Shown here one piece after another: positions 13,111-24,600 of a DNA stretch of 64,000 nt (the first letter of the stretch is position 1; the number at the start of each line of letters is the position of its first letter). The stretch covers positions 51,708,001 through 51,772,000 of the forward strand of contig NC_083226.1 in NCBI RefSeq assembly GCF_032191835.1, in the 5' to 3' direction. Under the pieces are notes generated by a model. That model did no database searches and was not told the origin of the DNA. It worked only from the letters and a program-made list of their open reading frames with translations. A program made the translations under genes and the position numbers. This stretch comes from Heteronotia binoei. Its lineage: Eukaryota.

Positions 13111-15574
13111 CCCCCTACTTTGAACAGTCTAGGTCTCGTTGCTTATCTAGATGGACTTCTGTGAATGAATAACATGTTGTTTACTTGTATGACGAGCTGA
13201 TTGGCCTTGAAAGATTCAGAAAGCTTCTTTGTTTAGTAAAGCTGCTGATTCCAGGTGGGACTTCAAAGAAATTATTGCAACATCTGTGATTTGTTTTTTT
13301 GTGTTTTTTGGTCTTAAGCAACAGAAGCCCCTAACCAAGCCTAGATGACTCTGTATAATGTAGGTTGTATGAATTGTTAGCATCAGAAAATTGTGACTAA
13401 GAATAGTTGACATTAAACTCAGAAATCTTACCTGCTCATAATGAGCACTTCCTTAAATAACACAGAGTCATCCTAGGCAGAGTTACACCCCTCTAAATCC
13501 ATTTATCAATAGACTTAAAGGATATAACTGCTTTGGATGGCATGTAACTTTCTTAAATTGTTCTTGCATTGATTAAAAAAGGTAAAGGTGATCTCAAGCT
13601 GGGGGAAAGTATGCCTAGGAACAGCTGGGTAAGTCAGTTGGGTGGAGTTTGGAGTCCACCTGCCCCCCATAATACACCAAACCAAATGAAGTAATAACAC
13701 AGATGATGTGTTTCTTTATTATGTGCCGTGCATCCTCTTTTAACCACACGTTAAAGAGAAATAAATATGGTATATCTTTGCTGAATGCAGAGACTTTACT
13801 AGGATCAAGCTTGCCCATTACAAGTTATTTCTTCCTTTGCCAGCATCGCAAAAGGATATAGAAGCTGGTGTTTTCATAAAGCCTTGTTTTTTTCCCTACT
13901 GCAGAGAGACTTTCTTGTTCCCACAGGAGCTGAATCTTTGCTGTAATGCTCCCCTCTCCATCGCCACACCCATTTCCCCAGCAATTTAGTCTGAAAGTGT
14001 AAAAAATTCCACTCTAGCAATATTCTGGGGAAGGTTTGCTATTTCCCCAAAAATATTAAGACAGATCTGTTATTTTCAAGGGAAAAAAACTGGTACAACC
14101 ACAGCACATCTGCAGTATGGATGTAAAGTTTGAAAACAATGGAATCCAAGGTGCCACAGTGTTGTATCATCACAGCACTGCAGAGAGTATAAGCCTGGAT
14201 CGGCAGGCTCTTAGAAACAAAGCTATAACCGAGAGGAATGGGGGAGTCTTAAACTGAGGATGGAGAGCAATTGACTCCTGCTAATGGAAACATATGCAAT
14301 ATTAAATGAAATTGAACTGCACCTTCTACGTAAGGTGGCACCTGGGAGAGAAGGCTCTGTGTACCATGGGATCCATTTTGAGCATAGTATTGGGGGGATG
14401 GGGCAGAATCAGCTGTGCTGTTCCAGTTCTGCCTAATGGTGCTTATGCTCCTAATTCACTGTACACTGTGTAAAATATTTACCTATACCTCTTTAGTAAG
14501 GCTGCTTGTGAGACTTCAAGGGAGTACATAGCCAAAGGGGAGTTCCTTTATACCAATTAAATGGAAGAGTATGAGAGGGAGAGCAATTCAGCATGCTGCT
14601 CCTTGCAGGAAGCTCTGTACTTAAACACCTCAATGGAGCTCTTTTTTAATGAAGAATCAAGCTGCATTCATGGCCTCCTACTCACCTAAGAGGGAATGGT
14701 GAGTCCCACGGTCCTGTATTTCCCTGAAAGGAAGGCAATAGGTATGCAGCAAAGTTTCCTGCTGGGTGATATATTTGGATGATCAAGATGCTTAGGATGA
14801 ACTGTGGGTAGGGAAGGGAGTGGGTTGGTGGGAACAAGTATGAATAAATCTTTTTATCTCTCTGGATTGATAGCGGGTGGTTTGCCAACTCAGAAAACTC
14901 CTTGACATGGATAAACCCTTAATCCCTGGTCTTTCTCTCCCTCTGTCCCTTTCTTGCATTCATCTTGCATTCTTGTGTTCCAGATTTTTTCCTGTTATTT
15001 ACATCTTTGTCACCTTTTTATGCCTTACACTACATCAATCATAATTCTCTGGTAGCTGAATCCAGAGATTGGCCTACTTACTATATCCTGGCATCTATAC
15101 CAGTAATCCTTTAGGCTATGTTCAGAAGTGATGGTAACAGAAATTTCATCATTTCTAAATATTCTTTAAGATGGGTCAGCAACTAAGCTAAATGTGTGTT
15201 CTACTTCATTCACCCCCTTGATTTGCAAAGGATTTCAGATCATTCTTAGGCCCACTTTGCACACTGCAATATTTTAATGTACATCTAAGATGTTTTTACT
15301 TGGAATTGTAAAATATGGACAAGAGGTGGAGAGAAAGTATCCATTTGCAAACCCTTGTGTAAAACACATCAATTCCTTATAGGAGTGTTGAGGTCATGTG
15401 ATCTACTCCATTGTTGCATCACATCTCTATGTGTTGGAGAACTCATCTGATAAAGTAAGCATAAACACACCCAATTCCGAAGGCACAGAGCTCACTATGT
15501 TCTTGCCAGACAGAGGTTACAGATACATGTAGAGTTTTGTGGAGGTGCTTGTACAGATTTGACCTTCAGAGTCT

Positions 15575-15842
15575 GCAGAAGAAGATGATATTGGATTTAT
15601 ATCCCACCCTCCACTCCGAAAAGTCTCAGAGCGGCTCACAATCTCCCTCACAACAGACACCCTGTGAGGTGGGTGGGGTTGGAGAGGGCTCTCACAGCAG
15701 CTGCCCTTTCAAGGACAACCTCTGCCAGAGTTATGGCTGACCCAAGGCCATGCTAGCAGGTGCAAGTGGAGGAGTGGGGAATCAAACTCGGTTCTCCCAG
15801 ATAAGAGTCCGCACACTTAACCACTACACCAAACTGGCTCTC
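15575..15842 (-). mobile_element. Squam3-like SINE
   Basis: Near full length, from the (gaa)n tail to ...ccactacaccaaactggctctc. Confidence 0.9.
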
Positions 15843-15911
15843 CTGCAAATGTAGGGGCTGAGGCTAGTAGAGACACTCTGATCAACTTTGTGCATAATTG
15901 TACACTAATAC

Positions 15912-16150
15912 AAAAGCATATGGAGCAGAGGCCCATCAGTGGCTATTAGCCACAGTCTATTGTTGGAACTCTCTAGGGCAGCATTCTTGGTACTTAGGGG
16001 GGGGGGGCACAGTGGGAGGGCTTCTAGCCCCACTGGTGGACCTCCTGATTGCACTCGTTTTTTTTGTTTTGTTCTTTTGGCCACTGTGTGACACAGAGTG
16101 TTGGACTGGATTTGCCATTGGCCTGATCCAACATGGCTTCTCTTATGTTC
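15912..16150 (+). mobile_element. CR1 LINE, extreme 3' fragment
   Basis: 'atggagcagagg.ccatcagtggctattagccacag' and terminal 'ggcctgatccaacatggcttctcttatgttct' as in the two larger CR1 copies, but with a different, longer 3' UTR interior. Confidence 0.8.
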
Positions 16151-16672
16151 TTGGTTGCACAGGCCCAGATTATGCAACCAGGATTGACTGGAACTTCCTG
16201 CCAAGTATCATCTTTACCTGAAAGGCTTTCTTGGCACAAAGGCACACACCCCAAAAAATCATAGCTGCTGCAATCCAACATTGTTATGCAACTTGTGCAA
16301 ATCAATCGCACTGGGTTTAGGAGCTCTTGAGAATGGAGGTGAGGGAATGATAATTTATGCCGTTGTCTTTCCCACACAGTAGCATATCTAATAGCCAATA
16401 GCTGAGACTGAAACTGTGACAGTTCCCAAGAACTCTACACTCTACACTCATTACTTCCCCCATATTGTGATTTTTTGATCACCAGCTTTGCAGTTCAGTG
16501 CTGGAGGGGGATTGGAGCTTTTATTTTCACATGCTGATTTCCCAGGGGTAGTTCTCTTTATACTGTAAATAACAAGAAGATTGATTAGGCTGTATGGTAT
16601 GAAAAAGAGATTGACTTAAATAGGGCAAGGCAAGCAGGCAGGCAAGCAGGAAGCAAGGGAAGAAGGGTCTGT

Positions 16673-17968
16673 TGTAAGAAAGAGCCCCCTACTTTTCATA
16701 TACATGGACATCGTGATCACCAGTATGGTTGCCAGGTTGCCTGGAGTTTTGACTCGCACACATCTGCTCTAAGAAGTGGACTTTGCCCACGGTTTCTAAG
16801 GCTTATGTGGATACTATAAGCCTCAGCTTTGCAGCAGCATTCTACATCTCTGGATGGGTGTTAGCCAGAACTACAGATGAGCTTCCAGCTGCTCCTTGCA
16901 TGCCCAGTCTCAGCCGTTGCAATGGAAGAAGCCACGCCACCATGAACTGTATAGGCGAACAGTTTCCAGCCTGTTTCCATGAACCAAAGGCTAACACCAC
17001 CAGAATCCATCTTGTTTTCCTGACTCCATATCCAGCAGCTGCTTCAACTTCTGCATAAGGCAATCAAGCTTATCTTAGGCGTGGATCCTGCCAGACCGCC
17101 TAAGCCTTTGTCTTAACGGAACTCAAGACAAAGACTGGTGCCAAGAGGAAGACCATCTTCAGCTAGAGCCAAGTTCCTTTGTGTAAACCGGGTGTTACCT
17201 TGGGTAGCAATTTGGCCATCTATTGTCACCTTTTTAGATAGGTTTGGTAAACTTAAGCACACCTCCACCCAGTAATTTCCCCCATTCTTTCCCCCATTTT
17301 GAAGCCTCACACTGGTCCATTGCAACCTGAAAGTCCAACCAGGTACCCCTGGACCAAGCTTGTTCATTGGTCAGTCATGGGCACCCAATTAGGTGCCACC
17401 AATTAATTTGCTGTTGGCTACTGCAGAAGTCCAGCCCTTATGGTCACTGCAGAGACTCCCCTTTTCTGAGGTCATGTACCAGCTGACCACTGTCATCCAC
17501 CCCTGTGCCTCCCATCCCCTAAGGGCTCAAGGTAGTCTATATAACCTGTAACACAGCTCCCCACATGTGTGCTTCTAGCAGTATCCCAATTCCACTGTCT
17601 AGATCCATCCCCGATTCTAAGACCAAGTTTCGGATCCCCTCTCCCACGTCCTCTTACGTCGCCATTGGAGCCTTCTTGAAGACTGCGATTGGTAATTATC
17701 ACCCTGTCTGTCTACCCATATGTTGTCTCTATCTCTCTCTCTATTTTTCTTAGGACTGTATGTATGATTTTATGAGTATTTTATCTTGTATGGAAGCCTA
17801 TATTTTTCTGGAATAAATTTTAATTGTTTTACTTAATTAGAGTCCCTAATATTTTTAAGCATTAATTTCTGGATGTGGAATCCTGTATACACAGGTAAAA
17901 GATCCTGATTAAGCCAGGTGCCCACCTGACAATTCCCCAACCTCGTTTTGAGGGCATTTTGGCTTACA
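16673..17968 (+). mobile_element. Solo LTR, copy 1 (1296 bp; ERV or Gypsy, 4-bp TSD class)
   Basis: TGTAAG...CTTACA termini; TSD ctgt at 16669-16672 and 17969-17972; TATATAA at 17538-17544; AATAAA at 17812-17817; homologous to 43094-44328 and 55961-58445. Confidence 0.9.
17538..17544 (+). promoter_or_regulatory. Putative LTR TATA box
   Basis: TATATAA ~270 bp upstream of an AATAAA that is conserved in all three copies; the other copies read TATTTAA and CTTATAA at the aligned site. Confidence 0.55.
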
Positions 17969-19739
17969 CTGTGAGAACAGGTAACAAACATCTCACCTAC
18001 ATCCATTTACACAATTGTCTAGGATACCTTTCCCTTTAGAGTTAAATCTACTTTTTCAGTCTGTGAGGCAATGAAAGTTTAATCTTAACTATTTTTTTCT
18101 GCTATAATATTGTTTAATTTAGACTTTGTTATGCAGAGCTATTCTGCCCTGGATCTTCCCAAAGATCTTAAACTTTGGACAGCAGTGGAAGTTGCTGCCA
18201 ACTCCTGAGGGGTATGTGCTTATCTATCATGTTTTACAGGAAAAAAGAACCCGAAATCGACACATCTTCCTACAACCATCTCATCCTCAGCTTGAAGAAG
18301 CTTTCCAACAGAGAGAAAATGAAATAGCTTATGAAGGCAGGAAATACAGCTTTACTTGTGTTTCCATCTGGGGAACATCCTTGGGATGTTTTCAGTAGCA
18401 CCTAGAAGGGATAAAAGCAAACACAATTGGCATAAGTTCATCATTGGTTTGGAGCTCTCCCCCCCTCCCACTGACTATTGCCATGTCTAAACTTTACTCT
18501 AGAAAACAAGAGGTTTAATATTTCCCATATAGAGTGAAACAAAAATGAGAAGGAAAGGTTTGCCCCTTTCCCTGGATAGCATCTTAATAACTTTTGAAAT
18601 AGTAGCATGCCCACTGCCAGCCAGGAGTGGTAAGTCTGGGTTCATATATTTTAACAGCTCCAGTCAAGGAAAGGCAAACAACTAACATCGTGATCTTAAG
18701 AGATCACTGTAAAGGTTCATTGGGAAGACTAGAAATTTCAAGCTCTCACTTTTCCTTTCTCCTTGCCAAGAGATTATTTTTTGTGAAAACTCACTACTAC
18801 AATTATAGTAAGAGGAAGCTGGGAAGCTGAATACCATCTGGGCTGCATTTGTTTTCTCCTCTGCTTCTAGGTACTTAGCTTGGGCCTGGCAGGAGGCGTG
18901 AGCCCTTGAGCATGAGCCAGAGGACAAGAGCTAAAGGACTCTTAGCCCTTGGTTCTTAGTTCACAGCTCAGTCTGGAGTCTGGTTGAGCCAGTCCAGTGA
19001 ATCAAGATCCATCCAAGATGTGCTTATTTTCTTTGTTATTTAAATTATATTGTTCAAATGGGTTGCTTTGGAAATTTCTGCAAATGGTCCCCTCTTGGGA
19101 GAAAAACAGACAAAGGCCGAGGTCAGACGCACATAAACTGAGAAGATGGGCGTGGATGAAAACTGGATGCATGTCAGATTTTATGCGGTTGTCCAAACAT
19201 CAGCATCTGGCAATGGTCGTTGGCTCGTTCGTGTCCCACACTGCCATGACTGGGACACGGACTTTTTTGATAGTGCATTAAGTCCGGACCAAGAATGCTT
19301 CCAATGACTCCCGCGTGTACTTTCAGTGTTTGAATGCTCCATCATAGCTGACTCGTTGCAAGCACACATCCGCTTCCCAGCGAGAGCCCACTCAAAATGA
19401 TATCATAGCGCCAGCGATTGTGTGATCGATAAATCTGGTAACTGCTTCTATGCCCGGTAACATGATAATTTTTTTAAACCAGTTCAGAAACGATGTTTCA
19501 ATTCCTGTGTAATTTTCCCTCTTTTTCCTGCACGCATTGTGCTGAGATTTGGAGGTGTTTAAATGGGGGGGGGGGGAGGCAGATCGCCCGCCTTTGCTGT
19601 CTCCCCACCAGGAGGGGAGATGGCAAAGGCAGTTCCTGGGCTCCCCCCCCCCCCTCTTTAAACACCCAGGCAGGGTGTTTAAATGTGGGGGAAGGGCAGA
19701 TTGCCCACCTTTGCCTTCTCCCCACCAGGCAGAGAGGGA

Positions 19740-21015
19740 ATGTACTAAAATGGATGACAAGATTCCCCATAGGAAACAATGGGAGAGCCTGGATTGCCCA
19801 TTGGATATAATGGGAGGGAAGATTGCCAATTGACTTACATGGGCTACATTGAAATACATTGAAGCACAGAAACAGCTGCAACAAAAATCCGGAATGGATC
19901 TTCCAAGAAAGTCAACACAACAAACAAATGTCCTGGACATGGATAGACAGCGGAAGGGCAGATTTCCAACCCCTGGGACTGGCACAGGTGTTCTGGATTT
20001 GAATTGCGGGGGTGGGGAGGGTTGCCAACCTCTGGGACTGGATTGCAAGGGGACAGAGCACAATGCCAGCCTTTAGGACCAGATTGCCAAGAGAAAAGGT
20101 AGTTTGCCAACCTCCAGGACTGGATTGCCAGGGGAAAAACTACTCTGCCAACCTTCAGGACTGGATTGTCAAGGGAAAAGCTATTCTGCCCACCTCCAGG
20201 ATTGGATTGTCAAGGGGAAAGGTGCTCTGCCCACCTCCAGGACTGGATTGCCAAAGCAAAAATCCAGTCCTGGGGGTGGGCAGAGTAGCTTTTCCCTTGG
20301 CAATCCAGTTCTGGAGGTGGGCAGAGCACTTTTTCCCTTCGCAATCCAGTCCTGGAGGCTGGGAGACCACCTTTCTCCTTGACAATCCAGTCCTGGAGGT
20401 TGGCAGAGAACTTTTTCTCTTGACAATCCAGTCCTGGAGGTGGGCAGAGCACCTTTTCCCTTGACAATCCAGTCCTGGAGGTGGGCAGAGGACTTTTCCC
20501 TTGACAATCCTGTCCTGGAGGTGGGCAGAGGACTTTTCCCTTGACAATCCTGTCCTGGAGGTGGCCAGAGGATGTTTTCCCTTGAAAATCCAGTCCTGGA
20601 GGTGGGCAGAGTAGCTTTTCCCCTGGCAATCCAGTCCTGGAGGTTGGCAAACTACCTTTTCTCTTGGCAATCCAGTCCCAGAGGCTGGAATTGTGCTCTG
20701 TCCCCTTGCAATCCAGTCCCACAGGTTGGCAACCCACCCTCCACCTGGCAATTAAAATCAAGAACAACTGAGCCAGTCCCAGAGTCTGGAAATCTGTCCT
20801 TCCCCTGGCAATCCATGCCCAGGACATTTGTAGGTAGTGTTGACTTTCCTGGAAGATCCATTCTGGATTTTTGTTGCAGCCTTTTCTGTGCTTCAGTGTA
20901 TTTCAATGGAGCCCATGCAAGTCTATTGGCAGTCTTCCCTCCCATTATATCCGATGGGCAATCCAGGCTCTCCCATTGTTTCTTATGGGTAATCTTGTCA
21001 TTCATTTTAGTACAT
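19740..21015. repeat. Long inverted repeat (fold-back) with an internal ~37-bp minisatellite
   Basis: 19740-20249 is the reverse complement of 20261-21015, roughly 85% identical by eye outside the array. Axis: ggatt-gccaaagcaaa-aatcc. About 4 repeat units on the left and about 10 inverted units on the right. Confidence 0.9.
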
Positions 21016-21060
21016 CCCGGCAGAGAGATGGCAAAGAGAGTTCCCATGCTCTCCCCTCCC

Positions 21061-21696
21061 AGGGGCATTATGATACTGGCTGATTTGATTGAAAACAAAT
21101 CAGCCAGTATCACAATGCCCCTGTATAAATCGATGGTGCGGTCTCATTTGGAGTACTGTGTGCAGTTCTGGTCGCCGCACCTCAAAAAGGATATTATAGC
21201 ATTGGAGAAAGTCCAGAGAATGGCAACTAGAATGATTAAAGGGCTGGAGCACTTTCCCTATGAAGAAAGGTTGAAACGCTTTGGACTCTTTAGCTTGGAG
21301 AAACGTCGACTGCGGGGTGACATGATAGAGGTTTACAAGATAATGCATGGGATGGAGAAAGTAGAGAAAGAAGTACTTTTCTCCCTTTCTCACAATACAA
21401 GAACTCGTGGGCATTCGATGAAATTGCTGAGCAGAAAGGTTAAAACGGATAAAAGGAAGTACTTCTTCACCCAAAGGGTGATTAACATGTGGAATTCACT
21501 GCCACAGGAGGTGGTGACGGCCACAAGTATAGCCACCTTCAAGAGGGGTTTAGATAAAAATATGGAGCACAGGTCCATCAGTGGCTATTAGCCACAGTGT
21601 ATGTGTGTATATAAAAAAATTTTTGCCACTGTGTGACACAGAGTGTTGGACTTGATGGGCCGTTGGCCTGATCCAACATGGCTTCTCTTATGTTCT
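21061..21696 (+). mobile_element. Young 5'-truncated CR1 LINE with a 27-bp 5' inversion
   Basis: Open RT C-terminus IENKSA...HLEYCVQFWSPHLKKD...RLRGDMIEVYKI...FFTQRVINMWNSLP, 3' UTR ending ttatgttct; 21061-21087 is the reverse complement of 21096-21122 with one mismatch. Confidence 0.95.
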
Positions 21697-24600
21697 CCCA
21701 CTTAAACAACCAGGCAGGGTGTTTAAATGGGGAGGGGAAGGAAGATGACCCACCTTTGCCGTCTCCCCGCCAGGCAAAGAGACGGCAAAGAGAGTTCCCA
21801 TGCTCCCCCCCCCCATTTAAATACCACCGGGTGTTTAAAAGGGGAGGCAGATTGCCCACCTTTGCTGGCACCTTTTTAAAAAAAATAAATTAATAATAAT
21901 AATAATAATAAGCTTTTATTTATATCCTGCCCTCCCCGCCGAGGGAGCCAAGCATGATATCATATGGTACTGCGCTTGTGCAAGTGTGGAATGCCATTTC
22001 ATAAAATGAGGTCCGGTTGAGACTTCTGATCAACCAACAATGGGACCAACACAGCTTAGAACAGAAGGATGGAGGGATGTCTGATCAGGAAATTCGTTGT
22101 AAAAAAGCTGTGGAGTATAATAGCAACATGTTAAGGATGGATTTAATGGTGAGTGTGACCAAGGCCAAAGACATGCCCAAATAGATACACCTTGCAAATT
22201 TCCCTTGTGCCATTTACTGCATAGATATTAACATCTAGACTACTTTGTCCAACTTTCCCATGCAGTCCAGTGACTGGCTGATCTATTCTGATGTCACTTA
22301 TCATTAAAGATGTATGTTCCATTTGGGTAAGTAGCTGGAAATATTACAAAGATGCAATAGTTATATATAACTGTGTGCAATGTGAATGAATGGCTTATGT
22401 GGATGATAGTTTCAGATGGTCCCAAGTGGTCACTTCTTATAGCCAGCCAATGGAGACTGGTCATAAACTCAAACAATTGGATGCTTGTTGTTATGTGCAA
22501 CAAGCTGAGCTGAGTTTGTATTGAGTTTTTGCACTCAGTCATAACCATCACTTTTTCATTGGTAGCAGCAGAGGACAAAAAGTTACAAGCTCAGCTAATA
22601 ATAAGCAGCAATGACTGTTCCTTGTAATGCAAACGGATGTCACATGAGATGGAAACCATGCCAGGGGATCAAGCAGCTGTGTGAAAGAGCCACAAACCAA
22701 CAACGTTTTATTTAATGTAAATATTACTGTTAAGTAGCATATCATGAATAGTGACTGATTTACTTTGATATTACTGAGAAATGTTAACATATTTTCTGGC
22801 TGTTCTGCTGTCACATGGGAACAGGAGGCAATGTAAAGAGACTTGATGTGGAGATGGTCTCCTCGTTTGGGCTCATTCCCCTCTCTTGGCCCTGATAGGT
22901 GCAGGTCATTCAAATGCTATGAAAGGATGAAGTGGCATGTTTTATATCAGTCAAACAGGAACTTGTAGCTGCCACTTGTCAATTCCTGATGTCAAAAATG
23001 TCACCTCATTTCATTTTATAGTCATTTTTATTTATACCTTTCTCTCTAATGAGGATCCAAAGTGGTTTATCAAATTGTTCTCCCCTTCTTCATTTATCCT
23101 CAAAACAACAACCCTGTGAGGTTGGTTAGACTGAGAGATAGGCTCAAGATCATCCAGCAAGCTTTTGTTTATGAGAACCATGACCCCTCCTCCAGTCAAG
23201 GCTCCCTTTGTTAGTGGGGTCCCCCTCTTAGTGTTTAACAGGCACCTAAGTGAACACTGGAGAGTCTCATAAAGGCACCTGGGTACAGCCATGACATTGA
23301 GCAATCCCAGGGACGAAGAGGAAGGTGTGCTGCATTATAAACTGATTAAGTGAAGTTTTCCCAAGCTCAGTTTTCTCAATAACAATGAGACTTTTAAACA
23401 CTGGTATTCCACCCACCCACCCCCCGCCAAAGTTTGGCAGCAGTTACCTTTAAACCAGCTAGTGAGATTCAAACTTTTTGTCTTGACCCAATCCAAAGCT
23501 AGGATGGACCAAATCCCATTAACCCTGGGGATCTTTTTTCCTTGAAAGAAGGAACCCATAGTATAGCAAATTATTCCTCAGATCTCTGGTCCAGACCTCT
23601 GCTGGTCAGAACTCTGTTTTTTTGTTGAGAACTCCTGCTGCACTTTGCAGGCTTTTGCTCCTTGTCTGCTTCTTGGACCTCAGCTGCCTTTGCTTCTGGA
23701 CCACTCCAGACCTCAAGCCCAGGATTTCAAGTCATACGTCCCTTTCCTAAAACTTCCCAATTTCCTCCCACCTGCCTTTTATAAGTGTGCTCTCTTGTTG
23801 GTGTGCACGAGCATGTGTGGTAACTTAGAGAATTAGTTCTCAGGTGCCCAGTGCAGATTTTCCCCCCCATTTTTATTCATTTTATTTTATATGCAATAAA
23901 CTTATTTGTTTGTGTTTACAATTTCTATCACCCTCTTCATAATTTTATTCTGGGGTACCATTACCAAGATCCACCCTGTTATACAGAGTCTACAAAGCTC
24001 TCATGTTATTCCTTTGTGGAGCCTTTTAAAAAGCTAATTTCTCCTTCTTTGGGTCTAGTTCAAGTAACATGCAGCAGAGCAGGGATTCAAACACAGTTGT
24101 CCTAATTCTTAGTCTGACCCTCAAACCACTATGCCATGCAAGCTCTCACCTGATTTTCAAAGGCATTTTTAAATGATCAAAAATCATGTTGTGCTGTTTA
24201 AATTAGGTACAGCAAGTGTCTGCCAGTTCAAGACCAAACCAGTCTGTTTCCAAACAGATCTGACCTGAATCATGGAACAGTTAAGAAGCTGTTCTCTTTG
24301 TCTGCTGGAAAATTCTATGCTTATAGTGAGCAAAAATGTTTGCCCCAGTGTTTAGTGCGAAAGCGGCTAAGAGGCTTCTGGGCAGGTAGAAGAAATCAGG
24401 CTCTCCAAAGTAGCTGACTTTATGCAAAACAGGCAAGTGCAGTCAAAACACTTACAGCAATCAATTGAAGTTGTTGGGTAAAGTTTTTTCCATGTCCCAT
24501 AAATTATTGAACAGTTAATTTCGTCTTTGTGCTTCCAAGACATTCTAGCTTTAGGGATGACAGCTTTATCCATTAAAGCGAGTGTGGTGACAGCAGTACA

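Noticed and set aside
18126-18398. 90-aa ORF with exon-like signals (tttag|act..., gag|ggtatgt, ttacag|gaa)
   Set aside because: The apparent 'intron' would be only ~30 nt, alternative frames stop early and no homologue is recognised; too weak to call.
20104-20660. CRISPR-like array
   Set aside because: Units are contiguous degenerate tandem repeats without unique spacers, in vertebrate DNA with no cas genes.
20012-20827. Several 90-205-aa repetitive ORFs (PPPGLDCQGK repeats)
   Set aside because: These are translations of a stop-poor ~37-bp minisatellite on both strands. The unit length is not a multiple of three and frames shift between units.
20572-21591. 339-aa ORF as a novel gene
   Set aside because: It is a read-through of the minisatellite, the palindrome arm, the inverted junction and the CR1 C-terminus. 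The start codon is non-ATG within a repeat and there is no coherent domain structure.
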